Positions 1 to 12,104 of a stretch of 64,000 nucleotides of DNA are shown here, one piece after another. The notes beneath the pieces are model-generated. The model had not been told where the DNA came from, did not search any database, and saw only the letters and a program-made list of their open reading frames with translations. Location: contig NC_043004.1 of the NCBI RefSeq assembly GCF_006345805.1, positions 14,260,001 through 14,324,000 of the forward strand. Reading direction: 5' to 3'. Origin of the DNA: Octopus sinensis. Lineage: Eukaryota. Made by a program: the position numbers and the translations under genes. How positions within the stretch are numbered: position 1 is the stretch's first letter; every line of letters begins with the position of its first letter.

Positions 1-195
1 CCTCTCTGTGTTTAGCCCCGTGTGGGCAATAAAGAAATAGGTATTTCATCCATCGCTATTTTCTGAGTTCAAATTCCACCGTGGTCGACTTAGCCTTTCA
101 TCCTTTCGAGGTCGATAAAATAAGTACCAGTTGTGATCGACTGTGTCCCTCCTCACAAAATTCAGGCCTTGTGCCTATAGTAGAAATGATTATTG
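1..195 (+). mobile_element. tRNA-derived SINE family A: 3' tail of one unit (1-40) followed by a headless second unit with the alternative tail
   Basis: B-box-like GAGTTCAAATTCC, body GTCGAC...GTCGATAAAATAAGTACCAG shared with 17664-18080 and 20503-20731. Confidence 0.8.
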
Positions 196-492
196 TTGTT
201 GTTGTTTTCTTGTGATTGTTATTAAATAGAATTTGCTGAAATTTAAATCTAAAAACGTCTAGACAAATTGTAATTTGCGGCCTCATACGATAGTAAAGAT
301 TAACACACTGGAAAATATTATTGCGTTAATCTCATAACCCAGCTCTGCTGGGTATATGATACTAATTTACATGCAGAATTGAGATGGAGAATCTGTCAAT
401 GTTTTAAAACGAAGATACACTGTTTTGCATTACTATAACGATAGAAAGATGTGATTTGAGAGTGAAAGGGGAAATAGTTTACATTATTGTAT

Positions 493-504
493 ACATATCT
501 ATCT
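493..504 (+). repeat. Left target-site duplication ACATATCTATCT (right copy 6585-6596)
   Basis: Exact 12-bp direct repeat bracketing the Tx1 element. Confidence 0.8.
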
Positions 505-711
505 GGACGGACGCTAGTCATATCGGCTCCACGTAAGTTGGCCACTTTTACATGTTTAAAACTCCTTGTTGTCAAATATTTTGTTTTAATCGTTGTGCAA
601 GTTCATTCACTAAAAAACCTGAGAATTATTCACGTAGAATTCCGCCCCTGTATGGGCGAAATTACAAAAAAACCTTCAAAACTTTCGTGGGTTTTTTAGC
701 CATTTTTCATT

Positions 712-2214
712 TTGAAAATGGCAACTAGAAACCACGTGGCTAGCCCGCCAGTCATGCAGAACGGTAGCAAAACACTATTGCTACCACTAGCTGCTAAACA
801 TCGCAGCGTGAACACCGCTGTCACCACCATCACCACCACACCAACAACAACAACAAATCTAACGTCGCATTCACCATCGCCGCGGCCAAAGACATTACTT
901 AGAATTCCCCTCACTCCCCACACCACTTGTTGATGATAAAGGAACAGAGAAAGGGATTTCAAAAATGAATACAAACGAAAACATGAATGCCAGCACCACC
1001 ACCATCACCCACCAACAACAACAACAACGAAATTGGCACAAAGCCGCCTACCAAAGACAACACCGCCAACACCAACACCACTACTACGACGTCAAATGCT
1101 ACATCCAAGCCTTCTGCTGCTAATACCGCCAACACCAACACCACTACCATGACTTCAATTAACACTGCCACAATTAACACTTCTACTGCCAAATTCAAAA
1201 CGAATTTTGCGGACGTAACAAAACAAAAAAGAACAATTGTAACATTCACCACACAAGAGATAAACCGCACAAAGGCACTCTTCTCCAAAGAAGGAGACAA
1301 ATTGCACCTTCATATTCCACAACACATCGTGGAAAACACACAAAAAAAAAACAATAATTTATAAAGTAATAAACAAAAAAACAAGAAGAACAGAAAATGC
1401 ACCGCAGGAAAAAATCGATAAATGCCTTCGTCCTGTATGGGACTCCAAGGAATATATCAGTTGGGGAAACAAATTTGGTACAGTCCAAGTACGTTTCCTC
1501 AACGAAAGTTTAGCAAAACGTTTTTCCACATTGGAGCTGCATTCGGACGACTTGGTAATGATACCAGTCTATTTAAACAAAAGGGTCACGAAAGTCCAAT
1601 AAAAAAACATACCATTTGATGTCGAAACACAATGGTTGGTCTCTGCCATCTGCTTTGAAATGTCAGAGACAATGTCAGAGACAAACATCCTGGAAATCGC
1701 GGTTCTAGGAGAGAAAGACTATGTGGGCAAATCAATCGAATTCCTGCTTCAATTGGATGAAGCAGCAAGAGAGAAGATACCCACCGCTATAGAACTGCCA
1801 GGAGGCTACAAACTCTATATAGTGGTAGAGGGCAGGCGACCACGCTGCTATTTGTGTGGAAGCGAAACACACTTGAAAAAGACGTGCCCAACCACTGCAC
1901 ACCAAGAGCAACAACAACAACCACTACCACAACCAAAGCACTCCGGAAAAAAAGCTCTACTACCCACACCACCATCAACACAGAAGACGACAAGAGAAGC
2001 ACACCAAGCTAATCCGTCATCAACCAAAAACCACTCGACACCTGGAAAAATACCAACACCACCATCAACAGCAAAACCCAAAGGAACAGAAAAACAAAGA
2101 AAACACACACAAACTGATCCCCCATCCCTTATACCGCACTCAACACACACAAACACTCAACAACCAACAACAACGAAAACAAAACAACACAACCACTTAC
2201 ACAGACATACATAG
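712..2214 (+). pseudogene. Tx1 ORF1 (nucleic-acid-binding, gag-like), split over several frames
   Basis: Thr/Pro/Asn-rich segments; zinc knuckle RPRCYLCGSETHLKKTCP in ORF 1636-2214. Confidence 0.7.
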
Positions 2215-2753
2215 AAGCCCACAACATACCCCTACCCCCTTCTGATTCCTCAGAAATTTCGTCGGAAGACGAAACCAGTGAGGAATGGCAAATAGCTACA
2301 AAAAGAAGGAAAATAAAGAGCAGAAACACAACCAAACCAAATGCAAACACGAACAAAGCAGGGGGAAATACATCTCCCGAAGACATTTCAAAACCAAACG
2401 CAAACAACAGCCACACCAACACCACAAAAACATATACAGCAAACATGCTCACAGCCATAGACACCAAAAAACAAATTTGATGGAATACATCCAATCAAAA
2501 ACAAACATAACAGAAGATGACATAAAAACAAACAATCACCCATACACAACACCACCAGACCACATCAAAATATTACACATCTCCAAAAGTCTGCACCACA
2601 CACTCAAAGGCATTTTCCCCAGTGCGGTTGGTAAATGCCAAAAATATCTCACAAAGAAACTGTACTGGGATCTTCTCGAGGACAAACCAACGGAGGAGAA
2701 AGCAAAAACTTTCGAGCAGTAAGTAACCCTCTGTATTCTAATTCATTAGAACT

Positions 2754-5700
2754 ATGATCAAGATTGGTTGTGTAAATGCGCGTGGCTTGGGGTCCCCTTG
2801 GAAACAAGGGTACCTCTTAAATGACATAAAGTCACATAAGTTAGAAATCATAGCCATAAGCGAGACCAGACTCCACAATCCGCGGGCCCTAAAGACCATG
2901 TTTGGCGGACAGTTCAACATTTATTTTCCCCCTGTCTGCCGAGAATGGGCGGTAGTGGCACCGCGGTACTTTTTCACAAGAGTCTGGATCTCAATGTAAG
3001 GACAATATTCGTAGACCCGGAGGGTAGACTGGTCGTCCTGGATGTCGACGGCAGCAATGGGTGCGCTTTTCGACTCGTATCAGTTTACGCACCGCCCTTA
3101 ACAGGTCGGGCGGATTTCTTTCAACGTCTAGAAGTTTTCTTGGGAACGTCTCGTCCTTTACTCTTAGTGGGGGATTGGAATGCTACCTTGGACACGCATG
3201 TAGACTACGTGGGTAGAGATAGGAATAGACGGGGATGCAAATGCCTCAGAGACCTGCTCAGACGCTTCAACTGTCTGACAGGTTCGACTAGACCACCCGA
3301 ATGCGCCAACGTGGACATGGAGCAACCGCATCGGGTCGTCGAGATCGTATCTAGATAGGATACTGTGTAGGACAGTAGATAGAGATAGCATAGGATGTCC
3401 ACAATTCCACATAGTCAGCTACACGGATCACAAACTTGTGACATGTACGCTAGACTTAGGTAAGACACTTAGGCAGGGTCCCGGATACTGGAAACTAAAC
3501 GCGTCTTTCCCATCGAGACAAGTTTTCAGAGACCGGATTAGCACACTAGTAAAGAGGGCTTTGACGGGAGCCATCATCAACAACAAATGGTGGTTTGCCC
3601 TCAAGAGAGCAGTAAAAGCAGAAGCGATTAGGTACAGCAAAGCACTAGCCATAGATAGAAATAGAGTAGAGGGTGAGCTAGTTAAGAAGCTAGAAGAGGC
3701 AATTAGAAGCGGCATCGCATCCGACGTTTTGGCGGCGAGGTTGGCCCTCGACCAACACTTCAACGCCAAACACGAAGGATGTGCTGTCAGAGCTAGGATG
3801 CGTGCTCTAAGGAACGAAGGTGTTGGAGCCGCGAGAGAGGCCCGGGTGGCAGAGGCGCAACAGGGCAACAAAGCCACCATTCGGTCACTGGTAGATGAAC
3901 AGGGGCGCGAATTGCTCGAGCCAAGTAAAATGTGTGAGGCCTTTCAGCAGCATTTTGCCCGACTGTTCGGAACGAGTGGAGGGCAAGAACGTAGGGTGGA
4001 CTTCAGTGCCTACCTACATAGCCTACCACGACTCTCGACAAGAAAGGCAGGGTGCTGCGAAGGTGCCATCACGGCGGCGGAAGTGCGGGAAGCGATGGCA
4101 GAATGCTCGAGGGACAAATCACCGGGTTTGGATGGTCTACCCTACGAGCTTTACAATTGTATGCCAGACTTGTTTGGAGATCTTGGCGGCGGTGTACTGC
4201 AACTGGCAGCAAAACGGGAGCATTCCTGGTTTTGTGAGCCGAGGAGCCGTAACACTGCTGAAGAAAGATCTAAACAAGGGAAATGTAATAGATAACTTTA
4301 GGCCCATCACTGCTTAATGCAGACTTGAAAATTTTGGCCAAGGTGCTAGCCAAGAGGTTGGCGCTTGTCATCGAGAAACTGGTCGACAAGGCGCAAACAT
4401 GCGCCGTGCCAGGCCGGACCATCCATGACAACCTCCATCTGATGCGCTACATCATAGACAGGGTAGTTAACGAACCTGGCATGGGTGGGGCCCTGATCAA
4501 CTTGGATCAATCGAAAGCCTTTGATAGGGTAGACCATCGATACTTGGAGGCAGTCCTGAGAGCGCTGGTTTCGGTCCCGTCTTCCGCGGCTGGATAGCTG
4601 CCTTGTACAGAGGCATCCGTTCGGTAATTCGCGTAATGGACATCTATCGAGACCTTTCGACATTGCACGTTCGGTCCGTCAGGGATGCCCCCTCTCGGCG
4701 CTTCTATACGTATTGACTCTTGAGCCACTACTGCGGAAGCTGGCGACTCTAAGGGGCATCCCGCGAGAATTGGGATGCGGGACGAGCGTGTCTGCATACG
4801 CGGACGACGTCACCGTCATAGTGTCTAGCCACGAGCACATCGAGCTGGTCGGCGAGACACTGAAAAACTACGAAGCGGTGACAGGAGCGAAAATCAACCG
4901 GGAAAAGTCAGTGGGCTTGCGACTAGGCACCTGGAGAAGCAAGCCCATGCCGTCCACCAGCGCCTCCGTCGTGGGACGCTGGACCGACGGCCCGGTTGAG
5001 TTGCTCGGGGTCTGGTTTGGTCCGGACCTCCAAGTGGAGAAGAACTGGAACGAGATAACGAGTAGGGTGGTCACTCTCGCCCGGCAATGGGCCGAGAGGA
5101 AACTGTCCCTAAAAGGTCGAGCGGAGGTGGCGAACACGTACATCGCGTCCGTCATCTACTACCGCCTGACCGTCGTACCTTGTCCCGACCCTACCATCAC
5201 CAAACTACAACGCATCCTCTTTCGCTTCTTGTGGAAAGGATGCGTCCCGATGGTCAGGCGATCCATTTGCTGTCAACACCCGTTAAAAGGAGGGCTGGGC
5301 ATGCCGTGGTTGATGATGCGCAGACACGCGCTGAGACTGCGACATCTCTGGCTCTATGTAGACGACGGTGAACAGGTGTGGTCGCCGTTTGTGAGGCACG
5401 CTTTCCCGCAGCTCGTCTCCATGACCGAACTGCAGTCGTGGATCAAAAAGAGGCCGAGGAAGGGCGAATGGCACCGCGAGTGTCGCGTTGCTCTCAAGCA
5501 ACTCTGCCGTCCTGGGTCGACCTTAAGTGACTTCAACACAACCAAAGCATTCTATAGGGGTTTAGTGGAGGGGAGGTACGACGACGAGCTCGGGGCGAAC
5601 CTGGACGTCGACGAGGAGTACCTGACCCGCCTGTTCGGGACGACTTTCGGGCCAGGGCCCATGGACAACTTCCAGAGATCCCTGGCCTGGCAGTGCTACC

Positions 5701-6124
5701 GAGAAGCGCTACCCGTTCGGGATAAGCTCTACAGACACGGCTCGAGAAACACGGGGCCGACCTGCCGAGATGCGGTCAGAGCGACGAAACCGTTCTGCAC
5801 GCACTCGTTCAGTGTCCAACAATTTCCGACCTGTGGGCTTATGTCGAACAACTGCTGTCACGTGTGGGACGAGTCGGTTTATCAGCTGAGTCTATCGTCA
5901 ATATTGTCACGCCTCCTTCCTTCAAACGGGAAGGAAGAGCTATTTTCATCATCCTTGTGGCTATGGCGAAAGAATGTATCTGGTGGACGCGTCTGAAAGG
6001 ATTGGAGACAAACACTTTCCTCTCTGGTCAATCTCTCATCAACTTCTTCAAGTACCACTTGAAAAGGAAAGTGAGAGTAGAGAGGCAAGTTTTGTCTAGC
6101 GAATGTTTTAAAAAAGATGGGTGA
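2754..6124 (+). pseudogene. Tx1 ORF2: APE endonuclease plus reverse transcriptase, multiple frameshifts
   Basis: MIKIGCVNARGL..AISETR, LVSVYAP, LLVGDWNA, KSPGLDGLPYE, NFRPIT, LDQSKAFDRVDH, SAYADDVTV, ELLGVWF across ORFs 2754-2999, 2945-3358, 3438-4295, 3895-4317, 4325-4597, 4713-5996, 5864-6124. Confidence 0.92.
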
Positions 6125-6584
6125 ATGTAGCAAGAATGGCACGTATGAATAACGAAGCCACCTTGAGCATAGTCCTATGAACCCAGAAATCGAAAACAGA
6201 GAGTGCTTATTTGCAAAAAAAAAAAAAAAAAAAAAGAAATATAAAATGTGACTTCATTGACCGAGGGTACCGTGGTCTTTTCCGTAGCTTTTCTTTCCAC
6301 GGGTAAACCTCACCTGTCCTCCCTTTACACTTCATATTGACATTCTGTGATAACGATCCCTATTGATCAATTTTTTTTTCTCTCCCCCCCCCTTTTTTTT
6401 AAATTTTTTTTTTTTTTAACCCCCCCTTTTTTTGTCCTCTTTCTCTCCTTTTACGATCCCTTTTGTTCGAAACTCCTCTTCCTTTTTTTTTTTTTTTTTT
6501 CCTTTTTTTTTTAAACCTCAAAAGAAAAGCTCTACTTGTAATTTGTTCTATCTGTGTGCAGCCCTGTGTGGCTAATAAAGAAAC

Positions 6585-6680
6585 ACATATCTATCTATCT
6601 ATCTATCTATCTGTCTGTCTGCCTGTCTATAGCCTGTCTGTCTGTCTGTCTATCTATCTAGCTCTTTCTCTATCTTCTTA
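6585..6680. repeat. (CTAT)n/(CTGT)n microsatellite immediately 3' of the Tx1
   Basis: Direct inspection. Confidence 0.9.
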
Positions 6681-6714
6681 AACGATTGTTTACAGGTATC
6701 TTTTATCTTTTACT

Positions 6715-6900
6715 TGTTTTAGTCATGCTTTTACTTGTTTTAGACTTCGGCCATGCTGGGGCATGCTTTGTAGTGCTTAGTCGAACAAGTAGATCTCATA
6801 ACCCATTTTTCAAGCCTGTTGTTTATTCTATAGACATCTTTTGCCGTACCACTAGGCTACTGGAATGTAAATTAACCAACACCATCTCTCAAACAGTTGT
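6715..6900 (-). mobile_element. SINE family B, 3' half, degenerate
   Basis: Reverse complement of ...ccagcatggccgcagtc...aacaagtaaaag shared with 9030-9215. Confidence 0.6.
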
Positions 6901-7159
6901 AAGGGAGAAATCTTAAAAGTAAAGAGTGGTATTATATCCATTTTTGACTGCTAAATTAGAATTACCTGACCAGGAACAAACTCACATACACATATACATA
7001 TAATGAAAAGAATGAAAATAGAATTCTTCGAGAAATTTATTATGAAAAAAAAAGACTATTTAAATTTTTAATTAAGCACCTAGTGGTTTCGATTGCTTGA
7101 ATGATAAGGAAAATGCAGGAATGTAAAGAAATGATAAGTAAAATGAGTTCATTTAAATT

Positions 7160-7860
7160 GAATTAAATTAATCTTTCGCATGATCAGCTCTGGAAGGTCT
7201 GGTATTTTTCTTATAGAAACCACATGATGCTACATTTTCTTTGCGTCTGATTATTCTAGCTGGCTGTAGTAGCCGGCTAATGAAAGTGACGATGGTTAGG
7301 GCTATGATATGTAGTAGCTTGAGAAAAAGCAACAGCAGGTCTCCGAGTGTCTTGTAGCAGTCACTAATTTTAGTAACCGTTGCAGTAGTTTTCGTAGTGG
7401 TTCTTGTCTCGCTTTCTCTGTGATTGGTATTTAGACGTGGTTGGTATTTTGTTGTGAAGGGCATTCCTCCCTTGATGTGTTGCCGTTGAGTTGTATCATC
7501 ACCAAATTTACAGACAAAAAACAATCATAAATTTTAGTTGTTTCTTGCCTGCATCTGCGTCTATAGATTCACTTAGTTCTATTTGTCTCTATTCAGGTAT
7601 TTTGATTTGCGACCCATGTGTTGTCGTAAAGCGAGTATCGCCTGTGCAATATTATGTTTCACACACGCTTAGTATGTTACTGCTTTGATTACATTTAAAG
7701 ATGCTCAGATGAAATTATTTTCTATTGTGAGTAATTGTCTTCGTTTGAAACAGAACCTTCATCCAGACTAAATCATATACAACAATAGAGTCAACTGCAT
7801 ATTTTTATTGTTGATTTTATTTGTATTTTTCTACGATTTGGGGTTGTCTTTCACTCCCTG
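7160..7860 (-). mobile_element. Penelope-like element 3' remnant (degenerate GIY-YIG C-terminus plus 3' UTR)
   Basis: Minus-strand fragments ENNFI.ASLNVI, GSQIKIPE.RQIELSE and GDDTTQRQ...FTTKYQPRLN parallel the PLE ORF at 29576-30013 (SNFTCASENII, QQIAFPEYRMIPFSEH, FIEKYKPRLN). Confidence 0.65.
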
Positions 7861-8043
7861 AGAAGATATACGTTGGGAGGATTTGGTTCAGCCCCAGGTC
7901 TTTTCTGTATTAATAGTTGTTTTGGAATAATGTGTTATAGGCCTTATTATTTTGTGTAGCACCTTGGGCAAGTGTCTTCTGCTATAGCCTCGGTCCGACC
8001 AAAGCCTTGTGGGCGGATTTGGTAGACGGAAACTAAAAAAGCT

Positions 8044-8131
<88 letters not shown>

Positions 8132-8233
8132 CGCACATATTTCGCCTTAATGTACTGATATATGAAAAATATATGGCTTGTGTTAGTAATACCAGCGATT
8201 ATAATTATTTTTATTTTATCGCAATTTGATTTG

Positions 8234-8264
<31 letters not shown>

Positions 8265-8335
8265 GTAAAAACGATAACAAAAGATAACAAAAGAAAGAAA
8301 GAGACCTCAATATTATGTAAATAGACGAAATTTAT

Positions 8336-8647
8336 CTATAAAATAATATGTTACAATTATTCAAAAGTCAAGATAAAACTCTGAGTTTCGGATGCTGAAG
8401 TGGAAATCCACAACACCATCTCTTCGGTTATCTGGCCATCTGAAAAATGCTATGAAAAAAATACCGTTATATAAAGGGAAATAACTGTGTTATGATTCCG
8501 CTACTTATATAAATTAAGATATAACGGTATTTTTTCATAGCGTTTTTCAGATGGCCAGATAACCGAAGAGATGGTGTTGTGGATTTCGGCATCCGAAACT
8601 CAGAGTTTTATCATGACTTTTGAATAATTGTAACATATTATTTTATA
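8336..8647. repeat. Fold-back F1: about 135-bp inverted arms (8336-8472 / 8519-8647), each with a hammerhead-like motif
   Basis: Arms are near-exact reverse complements apart from a 6-nt indel; right end abuts (TA)n. Confidence 0.9.
8558..8612 (+). ncRNA. Hammerhead-like motif, type I, U4C variant (mirror copy about 8372-8432, minus)
   Basis: GAUAA-CCGAAGA-GAUG..CAUC-C-GAAACU-CAG-AGUU^UUAUC: stems I, II and III all pair. Confidence 0.55.
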
Positions 8648-8716
8648 TATATATATAATATATATATATATATATAATATATATATATATATATAGATAT
8701 ATATATATATATATAC

Positions 8717-8815
<99 letters not shown>

Positions 8816-8951
8816 AAATAAATATAAGAGAGTGGTCACTATATGGCTCACTCTAGCACCAGTTAATCCAAAAGGTTGGTGTTGAATCCAAAAGGTTGGT
8901 GTTGAATAGATATACTATTAAATTAGTATCTAATTCCCTCACCCTTATTAA

Positions 8952-9009
<58 letters not shown>

Positions 9010-9798
9010 GTGTGCGTGTGTGTGTGTGTGTGTGTTGTCTCCCCAACATCGCTTGACAACTGATGCTGGTGTGTATACGTACTCGTACCTAGTGGTTCGC
9101 CAAAAAAGACAAACAGAATAAATATTAGGCTTACAAATAATAAGTCCTGGGGGATTTGCTCGACTAAAGGCGGTGCTCCAGCATGGCCGCAGTCAAATGA
9201 CTGAAACAAGTAAAAGGGTAAAAGGGAGAGAGTATTCACCGACAAAACAATTTATTTCCAAGTTTCTCAAATTTTGTATATTTTTACTACATATTTGTAT
9301 ATATGGCTCATTATATCTTCGAGGAAAATACCTTGTGGTATTGTTTTAGGTTGTGGACGTATCGTCCTGGTTCAAATTATGCTGAATGAATCTTTGTCAT
9401 TCATATCCCTCTGGTATTGATAAAATAGAGTACCTGTCAAGTACGAGATTATATAATCGATTAACATGCTCCCCTCAGAATTGCTGGTCTCGCGCCTAAA
9501 TCAGAAATTCATTTAAAGCATATGGGTATATGTGAGTATATATGTGTGCGTGTATGTGCGTGCTTATGTACGTATGTCTTTGTATATGAATAGACACCAC
9601 AAATGTATATATGCTTGTACCATGAATACGAAATAGCTCTACTGAATTTAAAGAACTCACGATATAAAACAAATTCCCCCAGCCTTTACGACTGTCTATG
9701 GTATATATATACACACACACATGAGCTGAAACTGGAAAAATCAAAACCAAAATCATATATATATATATAATTGTAGGTGGCATACGAGGGGGCATATA

Positions 9799-10404
9799 TT
9801 TATAAAAAAGAAGTTTGAAAACGCCACTATATAAGATAAATTTTAATTTTCTTAGAGATTTTACATGTTTCGGTTCTTCTTCAAAAAACGAACCTTATCA
9901 AAAATATTTTTAAAACGATAAGTATAATAAAAAGTTGTTCATTGTTTCTTTCTAGTCTCAACAGAGTCCACGTGATGGTGTTTTGTGGTGGGGGGAGCAT
10001 AATGGCTGCCTTGTGCGTTGACTAGATTCGTTGGCTGTAATTTTGTAAATGACCAGCGGCCGAAATAGCAGTAGTAGCAGTGACTGTTAATCGTAGTGGT
10101 AGTGACCGTGGTGGTGGTTGGAGTTGTAACAGCAGTTCATTGGCCGTACTAGTAGCAGCAATTACAGCCAACGAATCTAGTCAACGCACAAGACAGCGAT
10201 TATGCTCCGCCCCCACATAACACCACCACGTTGACTCTGTTGAGACTAGTAAGAAACAATTAAGAACGTTTTTTATTACACTTAACTTTTTAAAATAGTT
10301 TTGATAAGGTTCGTTTATACAAGAAGAACCGAAACATATAACATCTCTAAGAAAATTAAAATTTATCTTATATAGTGGCGTTTTCAAACTTCTTTTATAT
10401 TTAT
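9799..10404. repeat. Fold-back F2: about 243-bp inverted arms (9799-10041 / 10160-10404) with a degenerate hammerhead-like UUGAAGA..GAAACAUGUA
   Basis: Arms are reverse complements with scattered substitutions; 118-nt GTA/GTG-rich loop. Confidence 0.85.
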
Positions 10405-10575
10405 ATAAAGGGAATGTTTACGAAAATAAACAAAAGACGAAGACAGGTGGTGTACAAAACAAACAGATGTATTAGTATTGCGCTCAGAAATAGAAAAAGT
10501 CTTTTACGTTTCGAGCCAACGCTCTTCTACAGAAAGGTACACAGAAAAAACAAGGAGAGAAAAAAAATGTGTGTA
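10405..10575 (-). mobile_element. PLE 3'-tail (family H1) with hammerhead-like motif at 10500-10537
   Basis: Same sequence family as the tail of the PLE at 26695-27900; core CUGUAGA-A-GAGC-GUUG-GCUC-GAAAC-GUA. Confidence 0.7.
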
Positions 10576-10906
10576 GTGGCTAATGTGTGTGTGTGTGTAC
10601 TTGTTTATGTGTGTCTGTGCATATGTATATATAAATATATATGGTATTCAATACAAAAGATCCGTAAAAATAAAAGGCATAGCAAGGAGGAGCATACTAA
10701 AAATTGGCGCGACAGAACGACGTAACGGAGACAGCTGGTGGTAAGTTCTCTGCGGTTAGGTAATTTACAAGTCCGATATTATCCAAAGTATCCCAAATTC
10801 TCCAACGATGAGTGGAAACTGAAGCTTAAGTGTGATTTGCAAACACATGAAAACACATATAAATATAAATATATATAAATATGTGTGTATATGTAATGTA
10901 TGCATG

Positions 10907-10970
<64 letters not shown>

Positions 10971-12104
10971 GGGTATGTGTGTGGGAGTATATACTCGGAA
11001 AAATTTAATGAAGGGACGATAATAGAGGAACAAAATCAAATATATAAACAAAGGATGTCTGTTCTTCTGTTGATACACCTACCCGCAGAAGGACTGCAGT
11101 CTTCTTCATTTATGCGTAAGCGACAGAATAGCAAACTCCACATATATACTGATCGCACTCGGAATAGCGAACCTAAATACTTTTACCTCTTGTATTGTAT
11201 CAATAATGTGAGACTATACTTCCAGCTCAATCAGTTATATATAATATAATATAATATAATATATTCCTGGTGAATACACGCATGCATACATAAATACTTA
11301 TATTTCTCTTATATGTTGATTGTGTTGTGTAAAGGGAATAGCTGTTCCTGGCAAAGTACATAGAGCAATTACTTCATGTATAATATGAGCTATAGTACTG
11401 GGACTTTATTGGATTTTGTACAAGTCAAATATTTGTTAATCCGTTCTGTTTGTTCAGGTGTGTCCCACTGCATGTATCCAGATAACCGAATGTATATTTG
11501 CTGTTGCTTCTTGGAGACGAATATACTTTTCATTAGATTGTTATTTTCATAATAATGTTTCTATAGAGATAATCGATATTGTAATATACAGTTCTGTAAA
11601 TAAACCAGTAATCTGTTTCACTTAAATGATAAGTGTAACTAATCTCCGTCACTTCATTCCTGCATGTAGCTAGAATGGAGATTTCAAAAAATAATGCAAT
11701 CTACTGCTAATCCGTTAGATTCTCTATTTTTCACTGTTATAATGCTATTTGCGATATTAATATTATAGTCTTAGCTCAATCATTCAGCATAATTCCAAAT
11801 ATGAATTAGTATGACGTAAAATTGAAACAAGCAAAAGCAAAATGCAGATATTATTAAGATACATCAAATTGTGCGTTTCAAAATGCTTTAACTGTTGTAC
11901 ACTTAAATACAAATAGGTAAATACACACAAACGTATAAACTCAAACGCACAGAGGCGAGCGCGGACACACACACTCATGCTTGTATGTATATGTGTATGT
12001 ATATATATGTATCTATATCTATATATCTATATCTAACTATCCATTTATCTATCTACCTATCTATCTAACTATCTCTCTCTATATATAATAATATAAATAA
12101 TATA

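Larger units (their letters stand above)
505..6584 (+). mobile_element. Full-length Tx1/L1-clade non-LTR retrotransposon (about 6.1 kb), frameshifted
   Basis: Gag-like ORF1 with CCHC knuckle; ORF2 with APE endonuclease and RT; AATAAA at the 3' end; flanked by identical ACATATCTATCT at 493-504 and 6585-6596. Confidence 0.9.
7950..9215 (+). mobile_element. SINE family B (CORE-like 5' half 7950-8048, 3' half 9030-9215) split by expanded (TA)n and nested insertions
   Basis: gcaccttgggcaagtgtcttct...ggatttggtagacggaaact head; cttgacaactgatgctggtg...gactgaaacaagtaaaag tail; compact copies at 20975-21415 and 46150-46555. Confidence 0.7.

Noticed and set aside
4713-5996. 427-aa ORF as a functional host gene
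   Set aside because: It is the C-terminal part of the frameshifted Tx1 ORF2.
10659-10746. Plus-strand exon ending at a strong GTG|GTAAGT donor
   Set aside because: The acceptor is weak, the peptide is unrecognised and the site is isolated.
11083-11172. 90-nt minus-strand candidate exon (tttag|...|gtaggt; SLFRVRSVYMWSLLFCRLRINEEDCSPSA)
   Set aside because: The splice signals are plausible, but there is no recognisable homology and no partner exons; this is expected by chance.
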